This document shows positions 18,112 to 27,845 of a stretch of DNA of 64,000 bases, piece by piece. Numbering within the stretch: position 1 is the stretch's first letter; each line of letters starts with the position of its first letter. The DNA comes from an uncultured virus (IMG/VR IMGVR_UViG_3300020454_000007). Taxonomy: Duplodnaviria > Heunggongvirae > Uroviricota > Caudoviricetes. The notes beneath the pieces were generated by a model. It made no database searches, had not been told where the DNA came from, and worked only from the letters and a program-made list of their open reading frames with translations. Location: the IMG/VR virus record IMGVR_UViG_3300020454_000007, one strand, 5' to 3'. The translations under genes were made by a program, and so were the position numbers.

Positions 18112-18260
18112 TTAGAGTGTGAATTATGTGAACACAAGCCAAAGAACCGGCGTTAGCCGGTGAGGCTGTTGGCTGTTAATAGTGAAAAAAGCCGGTGCCC
18201 AGCCGCGCAGCGGGTGCTATCAGCCACCTGCTTCTTTATATATACCCGCCCCTATTTACT

Positions 18261-18320
18261 CTCGCCAATACTCGCCTACCCTCGCCAATCTTCGCCAGGA
18301 TTCGCCAATCCTTGCCAACA
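18261..18320. repeat. Six tandem decamers (consensus YTCGCCAATN)
   Basis: ctcgccaata ctcgcctacc ctcgccaatc ttcgccagga ttcgccaatc cttgccaaca. Confidence 0.85.
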
Positions 18321-18420
18321 GATTGAGAGATGGAGTGTAATCAGGGGAGTGAATAGAGACTGTCGACTTGCCTACAGCGGTGGCACAGGGAGGTGCCGAG
18401 AGTGTAGAGCAAAGGGAGAT

Positions 18421-18480
18421 AACCTACAGTCGTAGGGCAGAAGCTTACAGACGTAGGTGGAGAAACCTACAGACGTAAGG
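18421..18480. repeat. Three ~21 bp repeats, each an imperfect palindrome CCTAC-AGAC-GTAGG
   Basis: cctacagtcgtagg, cttacagacgtagg, cctacagacgtaag. Confidence 0.8.
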
Positions 18481-18992
18481 TTGAACAGATATAAACAGAT
18501 GAATGTCACACGATAAGACGTAAGTAACCTAAAGCTAAGCTGAGGTTATAGATCTTATGTGATGACAGAAGAGAAGCGACACACGAACACAAGTAACGAT
18601 ACGAAAGCTTATCGCTTAAGTTGATAACTTATGATTTGTATTGAAAGATAACTTGTGTAGTGTCGCTGAACGGTCGTTGATTACAACAGTTAACTCTCGC
18701 TAAACGATTGTGAAACGAAGGTTAAACCTTAGTTATCTGTCAATCGAAGCAGGAGTTACTCGTTAGTTATATCAACAGACCTAGTTTATTTTTTTTGTTC
18801 CACCGACAGTCGGGGAACTGAGGGTATTAAAGGTGTCAAAAATTTTATAGCACTTTTGACCCCCTATAGCGGTTTTATAGGTACCCCAACGGTCACCATT
18901 GTTTAAAAGTACGTACGGCTACTATGAAAGGCTGTGTAACCCAAGTTTCACGAGCACCGTGCGAAGTCCTAACAACGGTATAAAACGTGGTC

Positions 18993-19122
18993 AAAGCCAC
19001 AGAACCACACTAAACCACGGTGGTTTCCTATATATCCCTCTCGTAATTCCCCTCTCTCTATATAGGGTATTTTTTAAGTTGGTTTATAGTAAATAGTGTG
19101 GCTAGCGTGGTTGCGTGGTTTT
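18993..19122. repeat. AACCAC/GTGGTT module, copy 2
   Basis: aaagccac agaaccac aaaccac ... gtgtggct gcgtggtt gcgtggtttt; same orientation as 7768-7894. Confidence 0.75.
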
Positions 19123-19428
19123 ATGGAAGACTTTATTGCAAGGGAGAAACGGAAGCGTGCTCTAAGTAGAGAGATTTGTAAGCCGGGTTGGGAGTGGAAT
19201 GAAGCTATCGGCAAGTGCGTGCTTCCTTATGCAGCGGTTGGTCCGGCACCATCTATGGATGGTCCTGGTAGTACTGAAGAGCCGGAGAGTACCCCAAACG
19301 CCTCCATTGAGCCCACAGAAGATGCCATTGGTGCGGAGAAAAATAAACGTCGTGCAAAAGCACAAAAGTCCGCACAAAATGGGCAACAGAATAAAATGCC
19401 TGTAAGTGCACCTAATAGTATTTCATAG
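19123..19428 (+). CDS. Hypothetical protein
   Basis: MEDFIAREKR...CKPGWEWNEAIGKC; first gene of the plus-strand block. Confidence 0.6.
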   Translation: MEDFIAREKRKRALSREICKPGWEWNEAIGKCVLPYAAVGPAPSMDGPGSTEEPESTPNASIEPTEDAIGAEKNKRRAKAQKSAQNGQQNKMPVSAPNSIS

Positions 19429-19457
19429 AATATAGAAATACATCCAGATATAGAAGA

Positions 19458-21005
19458 ATGAACTGGAACCCAATCGACTGGGCTAAAGGCCAACAGCAAG
19501 GTACTACTAATGAGTTGAAAAAGCTTAATCAGCAAACTCAAAGCAAGACTGGTAGAGCGCGTGCTGCGTCACAGAATCCTTACTCAAGTCAGTACAAAGG
19601 ATCCCCAATGAGTGGAGGTAGTGTTGCATCAGGCACTGCTAACGCATTACTTTATCAGGGTGCAGATGTAGCAGCTCAGGCAATTGCTCCTATGGCAGTA
19701 CGTGGAGCAGCTGTAGTGTTGGGTGCAGATATGAAAAATTATGACCGTCGTGCTAAAGGATTAAAACCTCTTCAAGTGAAGAGTGTAGGAAGTACAGACT
19801 TTAACGTTGCTACTCCAGAAGGTAAGGCAGCATATGAAAAAGCATTAAAGAATGTAGGCCCGAAAGTGCTACCAAGCAGCTCGATTGAAGAGTTAAGGAA
19901 AAGAAGTGATCAAGAGAGGGCAAAATATCAAACTCCAGTTGTAGAAGATCCAGCACTTGCTCCAACATCTCCCCCAGTAACCCCGCCAGATACCCCCACT
20001 GGTAGAGACACAGCTCCACCATCTGACCCAAATAACACGGGTGCCAAGGGAACTGCTATGGGATTGAGCGGTGGGTCCATTGCGACACCGTTTGATGGCA
20101 AGGCATTCGAGGCAATGCTGGGGAATTACGGAATCCAGATGGCAAATCCCTTCGATTCCAACGTTCAACCCGGCACTTTAGGTGGAGATAACCAGAGAAG
20201 GCTTGCTCCTGGTGAAATTAAGGGCGCATTTAACGAAGATGGCCAATTAAATCCAGGATATACCCGCGAAACTTTGATTGATGGCCAAGATGTCACCGAA
20301 AATCTGTACGTTGACACTAATAAACCGCAAGAACAGGGCATTGTTAGTAAGGGTGAAGCCGATCGTACCCTCGATTCCAGTGATTCTGAGGAATTAGAGA
20401 TTGGTGTCGACGGATATTACGGCGGTGGACTGTCAGATCGCAGTCGTGCCTTCCTCGATTACGACGGTCCTGGTGGATCAATGATGGCATTGCGTGCTGC
20501 CAACGCATCTCAAGGTATTGCCAAACAAGGTGGTCAAGCATTTGCAGTAGATGCTGAAGGTAATTACCAGAAGATCACTGATGAAGGCTATGAAATGCGC
20601 AAGAGCGGTAAGATCGATGCACAAACTCTGCTTGACGAGCATCTCGCCCAAGTTCCTGGCAAAGTAGTTGATAAAGCAGTGAATGAAGGTGATGCTGATG
20701 TGGTTACTGAACCAGGTGCAGCTGAAGTTCCAACATTAACTGAGACAGTTATCGATGGTTCCGATATGTCCTCTACTACTTACACAGGTGAGGAAGAAAT
20801 CGACGAATTCTTTGCAAACACTCGTAAGAATATCCAAGGTAATGCCGCTTCAACTCCACCATCAACACCTGATACTCCTGCAGTAGACCTTGGTTCTAGA
20901 GATACTCCACTGAATCAACGATATACACTTACACCAGAAGAAGTTGACGAAGGATTGAAGAACGGAACGTTGGATCAGATGCAATCTCAACTGATGAGTT
21001 TGTAA
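19458..21005 (+). CDS. Hypothetical low-complexity protein, putative internal virion protein
   Basis: 515 aa; TAGAAT promoter at 19426. Confidence 0.7.
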   Translation: MNWNPIDWAKGQQQGTTNELKKLNQQTQSKTGRARAASQNPYSSQYKGSPMSGGSVASGTANALLYQGADVAAQAIAPMAVRGAAVVLGADMKNYDRRAKGLKPLQVKSVGSTDFNVATPEGKAAYEKALKNVGPKVLPSSSIEELRKRSDQERAKYQTPVVEDPALAPTSPPVTPPDTPTGRDTAPPSDPNNTGAKGTAMGLSGGSIATPFDGKAFEAMLGNYGIQMANPFDSNVQPGTLGGDNQRRLAPGEIKGAFNEDGQLNPGYTRETLIDGQDVTENLYVDTNKPQEQGIVSKGEADRTLDSSDSEELEIGVDGYYGGGLSDRSRAFLDYDGPGGSMMALRAANASQGIAKQGGQAFAVDAEGNYQKITDEGYEMRKSGKIDAQTLLDEHLAQVPGKVVDKAVNEGDADVVTEPGAAEVPTLTETVIDGSDMSSTTYTGEEEIDEFFANTRKNIQGNAASTPPSTPDTPAVDLGSRDTPLNQRYTLTPEEVDEGLKNGTLDQMQSQLMSL

Positions 21006-21049
21006 ATATAAACCTTCTACAATGAGTGTAGGTTTATAGAGCGATAGTT

Positions 21050-23185
21050 GTGTTAAACAATCAACTTGAGGGTGCACAACGTATACATAACGCTGGAACA
21101 GCAGCGTCTGGCAATGTTTCACCCTCGAATAACCCAAGACAGATACAAATAGATAACGCAAAGAAGGCTGCTAGAGGAGTTCGAGCGCAACAAGAGCTTG
21201 AAATGCTCAGACGAGGTGCAGAAATCATTGCATCTGAGCGACCATCACAGATAAACACCATTGCTCAGCGTATGGGGTTGAGTGAAGAAGAAATTATTGG
21301 TCAAATCTCTCTTCAAACCCGAGCACAACGTAGAAAAGACAGCAACGTCACTGAACTAGACGTAATGCGTCAGATGATGCAAGCGTCTAAGTCACTTGCC
21401 GACGTATCTGAGTCCGCAGAACTAAAAGGGATCGCAGTTAGAGAAGAACAGGAAATTGATCCCTTCGGCATGATGCAAGATGACAGTCAGTCATACTCTC
21501 GCGATGAAAAAGTACGTTATGGCGTACTACCAGACGACATGCTTACAGATAATGAGCGTGCCCTTAAGGCTGAAGGTGTCGAACGCCCTGTAACTGGTGA
21601 AGCTGGGGTAAGAGATGCCCTTAGACAGCTCCAGAAAGCCCGTGCAAACCCAGGCATGGTGCAGACAGGGCTCGCAAAACTCTTTGGTGGTGAAGTACTA
21701 CCTGGAAGTGCGGGCTTGGAACAGTCACTAGAGGATGGACTTCAATATGGAGCTTCTCAACGTGCAGCCGAAGCTGATTTAGCCCGCAGATACGCCATAG
21801 CTGACCGTGCAGCCTCGGGCTTCGGTCGTAATGAGACAGCATTGGCTAATGAGTACCGTGCAGCCGCTGAAGCAGAGGCAATCGCACGTGATCGCTTCAC
21901 CGCAGGCGGTGGTGGAGCTATTGCAGACGAAATGATGGCTCGTATTGGTGCAGCAAACGCTGGACCAGTCGGAACAGCTGATTTCAACGGTCAAACCTAC
22001 ATTGATCCTCGTACTGGCACCCCAATCGCCATCGATCAACCTGGTAATGCGGTATTCGCAGGTTCAAACACTCCAGATACTCATAACCAACTCAATGCAC
22101 CGACCCGTGAGACTGCAATTGACTACGTAGCCCGCCAACAGCCTGATTTCACAGGTGGTGGTCGCGTATTTGGTGATTATCCACAGGTGGACATCACTGG
22201 ACAGTCAACAATGTTCGCAGATCGCGTCCGGAACTCCGGTATGGTCGATCCTCGTGCAGTTCCGCAAGATATCAGATCAATTGATGAATTCCAAAAGGCA
22301 GTTGATGCCATTAGCGCCATTACAGCTGAAAAAGGTACTCGGATGTATCGCAGAGCTGAAGTCGGTGACCCTGTAACCAAACAAATGGGTTACAAGAACA
22401 TTCGGGTTGCTCCAGAGAACGTTGGGCCTGAAGAAGTGATGCAGAAACTGCGTTACAGCCCTACGGAACAGCAAGCCTTCGCACAAGCGCTCTATCAAGC
22501 CGAAGTTTCTAAAAATAGTGGCATTAACGCCAACAGAGCGGCTGATTACTTCGGCAGGAACGCACAAGCCCGTGGCCCTAAGGACGACATTGTGTTTAGC
22601 GCCGCTGAAGCCATCAATCCACGTGAAGGTGAAGCAAAAGTCGCCAGAGTCAAGGCTGGGCAAACAATTGAAGGTCGTGACATCGGCACAGCCTTCAGAA
22701 CGCTCCAAACGCCGGGTGCGAGGCAACCATTCATCGGTCAAGTCGAAGGACAAGCCCCACGCATTGATAGATACGTCGGTCAGGGCATGAAAGGTGTCGC
22801 AACCGAAGATTACGGCGATGCACTCCGCGAAAAGGAGATGGGCTTCGCTCGTAACCGTGCAAAGACCGCTTTGAAGAAAGAAGGACAACCAGTAACGCCA
22901 ATGCGGGTTGAAAAACGCGCAACTGGCCTTGTTGACGAATCTGGCCTCAGAGATAAAACCGTAAAGGCACAATTAGTGTCTGAGCGGACTAAGCGCGACA
23001 ACAAAGCTCGTAATGAACGTGAAAGGGCGATCAGAACCCGTTCAGGTATGCCACCAGCCGAACCGCAGTCCGCAGGATCTGCAGCAGGCTATGGAGATCA
23101 ATTACGTAGCGTCATAGGAGACGCAAGAGAGCAATCTGCCGATATGGCACTTTCAGAAATGATTCGTCGTCGGAGGGGACGTTGA
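21050..23185 (+). CDS. Large hypothetical protein, putative internal virion protein
   Basis: 711 aa Ala/Arg/Gln-rich ORF. Confidence 0.7.
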   Translation: MLNNQLEGAQRIHNAGTAASGNVSPSNNPRQIQIDNAKKAARGVRAQQELEMLRRGAEIIASERPSQINTIAQRMGLSEEEIIGQISLQTRAQRRKDSNVTELDVMRQMMQASKSLADVSESAELKGIAVREEQEIDPFGMMQDDSQSYSRDEKVRYGVLPDDMLTDNERALKAEGVERPVTGEAGVRDALRQLQKARANPGMVQTGLAKLFGGEVLPGSAGLEQSLEDGLQYGASQRAAEADLARRYAIADRAASGFGRNETALANEYRAAAEAEAIARDRFTAGGGGAIADEMMARIGAANAGPVGTADFNGQTYIDPRTGTPIAIDQPGNAVFAGSNTPDTHNQLNAPTRETAIDYVARQQPDFTGGGRVFGDYPQVDITGQSTMFADRVRNSGMVDPRAVPQDIRSIDEFQKAVDAISAITAEKGTRMYRRAEVGDPVTKQMGYKNIRVAPENVGPEEVMQKLRYSPTEQQAFAQALYQAEVSKNSGINANRAADYFGRNAQARGPKDDIVFSAAEAINPREGEAKVARVKAGQTIEGRDIGTAFRTLQTPGARQPFIGQVEGQAPRIDRYVGQGMKGVATEDYGDALREKEMGFARNRAKTALKKEGQPVTPMRVEKRATGLVDESGLRDKTVKAQLVSERTKRDNKARNERERAIRTRSGMPPAEPQSAGSAAGYGDQLRSVIGDAREQSADMALSEMIRRRRGR

Positions 23186-23186
23186 A

Positions 23187-23498
23187 ATGAATTATGATCG
23201 CGAATCTATCCTGTCTGGTAATCAAATCCAGAAAGATAGGCAAGAAACACCATCTACCTTCCACGCGGCTAATCAACTAGATCGGCCACGGACTAAAACA
23301 CGTATGGCAGGTGAAATGGGCGCTCGTGCCCAAGAACTGATAAATGATCCCAACGAACAAAAGAACACAGACAACTGGATGGAGTTGTTCGGACAAAGTA
23401 ACGAAGGTAATGCTTTTAACCAAGCTAAAATAGCTTTAGCAGCCCCACCTTTAGCACCAGCTGAAGAACAGGCCCCAGCACCACCGCCAGTAGCATAA
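23187..23498 (+). CDS. Hypothetical protein
   Basis: 103 aa, coupled to neighbours. Confidence 0.7.
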   Translation: MNYDRESILSGNQIQKDRQETPSTFHAANQLDRPRTKTRMAGEMGARAQELINDPNEQKNTDNWMELFGQSNEGNAFNQAKIALAAPPLAPAEEQAPAPPPVA

Positions 23499-24085
23499 TG
23501 TTAGGACGAGGACTTGCAGCATTAATTAAAGGAATACCTTTCATTGCTAAAGCTGCACCAGCGGCAGCAGCGGCAGTACCCAAGTTAGGTGTTCTTGGTA
23601 ACGTTGGCAGATTTGCAGGTAGTGCAAAGAACTTCCTAATCCCTGCAGATATGAAAGGCGGTCAGCTAGCTATGCAGTTAGTACCTGACGCAATCTTTGG
23701 TATTGGTGCTGCAGCAAGTGCAGGACCAGAAGCGGATATATTTGATCGGGTAGGGATTGGCCTAGGCTCCACGCTTGGTGGTTCTGTTGGTGGTTTAACA
23801 GCAGGTGGAATTGGACGAAAGTTAAAAAGGGGGCAAATGACTCAAGGTCTAATGGATATGGGTGGATCATATGTTGGAGATATGGTTGGAATGAATGCAG
23901 GCTTAGGTGCAACACGTGTCAAAGAATCGCTGATGGGTAATGAAGCACTTGATCCATATCAACGGATGAGTATTGCACAGCATCAACAAATGGAAGAAGA
24001 GATGAAGCGTCGTCTAATGGCTGGCTATGGAATGCTGCCTGGCACACCATACGACCCCTTTATGTATAACAATGGGTTGGGCTAA
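23498..24085 (+). CDS. Gly-rich hydrophobic protein, putative ejection/internal virion protein
   Basis: Glycine-zipper-like segment GIGLGSTLGGSVGGLTAGGIG. Confidence 0.65.
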   Translation: MLGRGLAALIKGIPFIAKAAPAAAAAVPKLGVLGNVGRFAGSAKNFLIPADMKGGQLAMQLVPDAIFGIGAAASAGPEADIFDRVGIGLGSTLGGSVGGLTAGGIGRKLKRGQMTQGLMDMGGSYVGDMVGMNAGLGATRVKESLMGNEALDPYQRMSIAQHQQMEEEMKRRLMAGYGMLPGTPYDPFMYNNGLG

Positions 24086-25350
24086 TGAGCTTTGCAGGAC
24101 GATTAAAGCAAGCACTATCTGGCGATGCTGTAGGCAGGTTCAGAGAGGGCTTTGGTAGAGACTTCAGTGTTGGCCGAGAGCAAACACAGGCAATTGCAAA
24201 CGAAGCTCGTAAGCGTGCTGGTCTGCCAAAAGAAATGCCACAGATTGATTCGTATTTTGCGAATCACCCCACTGCATACAGAACCCGTGAACTACTAGGT
24301 AAAGCAGATCCACATTATCTGGATGTGCGAGCAGAGAGGGGAATGGGTTTATCTGATGATCTTGCTACTCGTGCTGGTCAGCTAGCGGGTACTGTTGGCC
24401 GTGACATTGTTGAGGACGGTAGCCGTTCTTTGTGGTGGTTGCTGAATGCAGCTCAAGCAGCTGGAAACGTAGCAGCAGAGAAGACACTGCACCGCGCAAA
24501 TATGGGTAAGTTCTATGATCCCGCCGCACCCTTAAATCCAAACCTGATCCAAGGTAAGGATTACTATCGTGATGCTGACGGCAATATGCTGGATTCAGGT
24601 TCAGTAGATAAAGCGCTGAAAGAAGGGCTTGTAAATCTTGTACCTGATACAGATGGTGCCCGTGGCGCGATGAAGTTTGAACCTGCTGCAGGCGTCACTT
24701 ACGTTCAAGATCCAAACAACCCAGACAAGAAAGTATTTGCCAAGAGTAACTACTCTGCAGTACAGCAGAAACTCCCATTGATAGCGACAGGGCTAGGAGT
24801 GAATACTGCTATTGGTTTAATGAATCCCTTTGGTGGAGCGGAAGGGTATAAAGCTGTCATCCCTAGTGATGAAGACCCCAGTGTAAGTGAGAACGTGCCA
24901 CTAGAAGTAGGTATGAAGTATCTGCTTGGACGTACTGGTGGAATACTTCCGTACAGCGAGTTTGTCAAAGTTAGACCTGACGTATCACCAGAAGAGTACA
25001 AAGCCTACAAAGCATACAAAGGATCTCGTGCTGCTGACTTGAATCTAATGGATGGTGACTTTGCTTTGCCGTATGTGCTCAAAGGAACTACAGATGGTAT
25101 TCACGGAGCAGAGATTGATTTCTTAGGCAGAAGCATTCCTGTTAACACAGGCGTTATTCCCATTGCTTCATCTATTGCAGGTGCAGCACTTGGATCACGC
25201 ATTCCTAAAGGTAAGAACATAGGCCCATTAATGGGTGCCACTGCAGGTAGCTTTGCCGGGTTAGGAGCGGGCAACATTGTTGGAGGATTACTTGAAGCCG
25301 AACGTCGTCGTAGGAACGAGATTGAGAACGAAGATATAATTATGGGATAG
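24085..25350 (+). CDS. Hypothetical protein, putative ejection/internal virion protein
   Basis: 421 aa, C-terminal glycine-zipper segments. Confidence 0.7.
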   Translation: MSFAGRLKQALSGDAVGRFREGFGRDFSVGREQTQAIANEARKRAGLPKEMPQIDSYFANHPTAYRTRELLGKADPHYLDVRAERGMGLSDDLATRAGQLAGTVGRDIVEDGSRSLWWLLNAAQAAGNVAAEKTLHRANMGKFYDPAAPLNPNLIQGKDYYRDADGNMLDSGSVDKALKEGLVNLVPDTDGARGAMKFEPAAGVTYVQDPNNPDKKVFAKSNYSAVQQKLPLIATGLGVNTAIGLMNPFGGAEGYKAVIPSDEDPSVSENVPLEVGMKYLLGRTGGILPYSEFVKVRPDVSPEEYKAYKAYKGSRAADLNLMDGDFALPYVLKGTTDGIHGAEIDFLGRSIPVNTGVIPIASSIAGAALGSRIPKGKNIGPLMGATAGSFAGLGAGNIVGGLLEAERRRRNEIENEDIIMG

Positions 25351-25361
25351 GGGAAATAACT

Positions 25362-25745
25362 ATGACTTTGTTTGCGGGATCAAGAAACTTAGGCGTAGAT
25401 ATCAGCTCGTTTATGGGTGACACTCAGCCATACGACGAGATGGGCGCTCAAGCCGTTGCTGAAGACGCTAAGAATATTGGACTGTCGTTTGGCTTAGGCG
25501 CTGAAATACACAACGCAGGCACAACAGCAGGTAGCGAGGCGATGAATGCACAGGCTAAAGGTGAAGCTATGACGTCTGCAGTTGAATCAACGACTGGCGC
25601 TCAAGTTGCTGGTGCCGGAATGAGAGAAGCAGGGGGCATCTTAGGTGGCTTGTTAAGTGGTGGAGGGATGGGTGCAGTTTCTTCTAGCCCATTTGCAGCA
25701 CCCGCACAGACTGCATTCGGCAGTTACTTCAGAGGTATGAGCTAA
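25362..25745 (+). CDS. Ala/Gly-rich hypothetical protein
   Basis: 127 aa; TATAAT at 25335. Confidence 0.65.
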   Translation: MTLFAGSRNLGVDISSFMGDTQPYDEMGAQAVAEDAKNIGLSFGLGAEIHNAGTTAGSEAMNAQAKGEAMTSAVESTTGAQVAGAGMREAGGILGGLLSGGGMGAVSSSPFAAPAQTAFGSYFRGMS

Positions 25746-26410
25746 TGAGATTTGCAGCAGCTGGAGCAAAACTCCAATTCACTCCTACAACATTTTCAGG
25801 ATCAGGCGGTCAGGGTATAGCCGGTGCCGGTGCTATGTCCACAATGGCTAAGAACTTCGCAACGTTTAGGAACAGAGCACCTAAGTACGGAGCAATAAGT
25901 AAAACAGGTATTGCAGCTGCAGCGTCTAAATGGCGCTCCGCTGCCACAGCTAAAGCTAAGGTCACAGCTAACACTATTCGAGCTGCTGGCTCAGTTCGAG
26001 CTAACAAGATTATGGCTGATTCGTATAAGTCTGCAGCAGCTAAGAAAGCGTCAGGTTCTATGGCAGCTGGAGCCATTGGAATGGTTGGTTCTATCGGGGC
26101 AGCGCTGTTAAGTGACGAACGCTCTAAGCATGACATCAAAGAGCTAGATAATGCACTATCAGTATTGAGGGAATTGAAGCCAGTTACCTTCCACTACAAT
26201 GAAGAATATACCTGCTCCCCCGAAAGGATGCACTATGGGTTTATAGCCCAAGAGTATGAGACGGTTATGCCTGACCAAACTTACTTCGATCCGTTTATGG
26301 ATCGTTATTGCATTGACACTCAAGAACTCATTGCAGTACTTGTGAAGTCAGTACAAGAGTTAAATACTAAGGTCACACGATTAGAAGCTAAAGCAGTCCT
26401 TGCCTTATAA
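25745..26410 (+). CDS. Ala-rich protein with C-terminal peptidase S74 (intramolecular chaperone) domain
   Basis: LSDERSKHDI...LKPVTFHY...GFIAQEYE...LIAVLVKSVQEL. Confidence 0.85.
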   Translation: MRFAAAGAKLQFTPTTFSGSGGQGIAGAGAMSTMAKNFATFRNRAPKYGAISKTGIAAAASKWRSAATAKAKVTANTIRAAGSVRANKIMADSYKSAAAKKASGSMAAGAIGMVGSIGAALLSDERSKHDIKELDNALSVLRELKPVTFHYNEEYTCSPERMHYGFIAQEYETVMPDQTYFDPFMDRYCIDTQELIAVLVKSVQELNTKVTRLEAKAVLAL

Positions 26411-26412
26411 AG

Positions 26413-26964
26413 ATGTATACACCAAGACAACAGCTATTAATGGCACAGCAAGGGCTTGACCCTCGTGCAGTGAGGCAAGGAATAGGCGTAAACCAAGGCA
26501 TCTCTGATGCACTGTATTCCACCGCTAGTGGCTTAGGCACAGCGTACGGGGCATACAACAATGTGGCTAATAAATTTGCCAATAATGCATCTAGTGCAAT
26601 TGCTGAAGGGTTAGGAAGAGTTGGCGGAATGAAAGCTCGCGGTGCTATGCGATTGGCTGGCAGTGCACCTGTTATGGGAGTTCTTAGATCAGTACCAGCT
26701 TTAGGTATGGTCAGTGGTGTTCTTGGTGCTGGGAATATTTTGTTAGGTGGAGAGAGTGGGGGTAATAAAGTAATGGACGGTGCTTCGATGGTCACGAGTA
26801 CATTGCTTGCTCGTAATCGTGGTCCTTTAGCTATGGCAGCTGCAGCTGGCGGTGGCAAGCTAATAAGTGATGGTGTTCAGTATGCGTTAGGCGGAGGTAA
26901 GTCTCCAGAAGAGCGTAAAATGGAACAAGCGCTAGCAATGCTGCAAACAGGAGCAATGGTCTAA
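26413..26964 (+). CDS. Gly/Ala-rich hypothetical protein
   Basis: 183 aa ORF in operon. Confidence 0.65.
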   Translation: MYTPRQQLLMAQQGLDPRAVRQGIGVNQGISDALYSTASGLGTAYGAYNNVANKFANNASSAIAEGLGRVGGMKARGAMRLAGSAPVMGVLRSVPALGMVSGVLGAGNILLGGESGGNKVMDGASMVTSTLLARNRGPLAMAAAAGGGKLISDGVQYALGGGKSPEERKMEQALAMLQTGAMV

Positions 26965-27845
26965 TGGAATTTACATTTACACCAGAAGAATTAGAAGTAG
27001 CTGATTACAGTCATATTGACCCTAGGCGCTATGGCGAGCAAACAGTTGGTGCAGGTAATGTAGGCGTAGGGAAAAATAAAGCTAATTCCATTCAAAATTC
27101 TATTCAGCATAACGCTATTCAAGCAATCCTGAAGCGAGGTTATGGTAAAGGTAATCCCAACAAATGGGATGAAGGGGATATCTCAGGACCAGTAGCTAAG
27201 GCATCTGGCGTAACAGTTCAACAGATTGAAGATGCTGAGCGTTCACGTGACCTTCCGTTGCTTGAAAAGGAGTACAACTCAACCTTAAAAGCCTTAGGCG
27301 TTAAGAACAAAGATGGCTCAGCACGCCAAGTTCAATGGGGTGACACAGCAGCTGATATACAGGTAATCATCAAAAACCATCAGGAAAAGAAAAATTTAGA
27401 TAAGACTGAGCCCAGTCGTATTCGTACTGCAAAGGCTATTGAAAATAGAAGGGTTGATAGCGCAAACAAAGGTATCGAAGCTAGGAATCAGGCTGGCACC
27501 CTGCAAGCACAGCAGCTTAACTATCAAAAAATTGAGGGTGAGAAGAACAGAGAAGAGCGGGAGGGAATTAGAGAAGCAGACAGCCAGTGGCGAAAAAATC
27601 GGGCAGCAGTAGAAGATAAGCGCTACTACGAAGACAAAGCTGCAAGGCGTGAAGAAGCAGCACTAATTCGTGCTGAAGGTGCTGCTGATCGAGCCGCAAG
27701 TATGAAGATGAAGATCTACGAAATTGATGCAAATAATCAGTACCGTCAGGAAGAAGCTCAGTATCGCCGTGAGCTAGACCAACGTAACAAGAATGCATCT
27801 ATTGTTGCTAGTCTTGCTTCTCTTGCTGGTCTGTTTGCAGTCTGA
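26964..27845 (+). CDS. Coiled-coil hypothetical protein
   Basis: 293 aa, charged helical C-terminal half and hydrophobic C-terminus. Confidence 0.7.
   Translation: MEFTFTPEELEVADYSHIDPRRYGEQTVGAGNVGVGKNKANSIQNSIQHNAIQAILKRGYGKGNPNKWDEGDISGPVAKASGVTVQQIEDAERSRDLPLLEKEYNSTLKALGVKNKDGSARQVQWGDTAADIQVIIKNHQEKKNLDKTEPSRIRTAKAIENRRVDSANKGIEARNQAGTLQAQQLNYQKIEGEKNREEREGIREADSQWRKNRAAVEDKRYYEDKAARREEAALIRAEGAADRAASMKMKIYEIDANNQYRQEEAQYRRELDQRNKNASIVASLASLAGLFAV

Larger units (their letters stand above)
14683..18177 (-). repeat. Array of nine full AACAGCC-hairpin-TGTT elements separating small genes
   Basis: Copies at 14683-14725, 14980-15019, 15452-15492, 15717-15759, 16801-16843, 17042-17083, 17660-17701, 17861-17902, 18131-18170. 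Confidence 0.92.

Noticed and set aside
14683..18177. CRISPR array interpretation of the repeated hairpins
   Set aside because: Intervals are 160-1000 bp protein-coding genes rather than uniform spacers, repeats are degenerate, and no cas genes are visible
18160..18435. 91 aa ORF across the repeat region
   Set aside because: Starts within a repeat element, spans decamers whose period is not a multiple of three, no translation signals
22277..22972. 231 aa minus-strand ORF
   Set aside because: Antisense shadow inside 21050..23185
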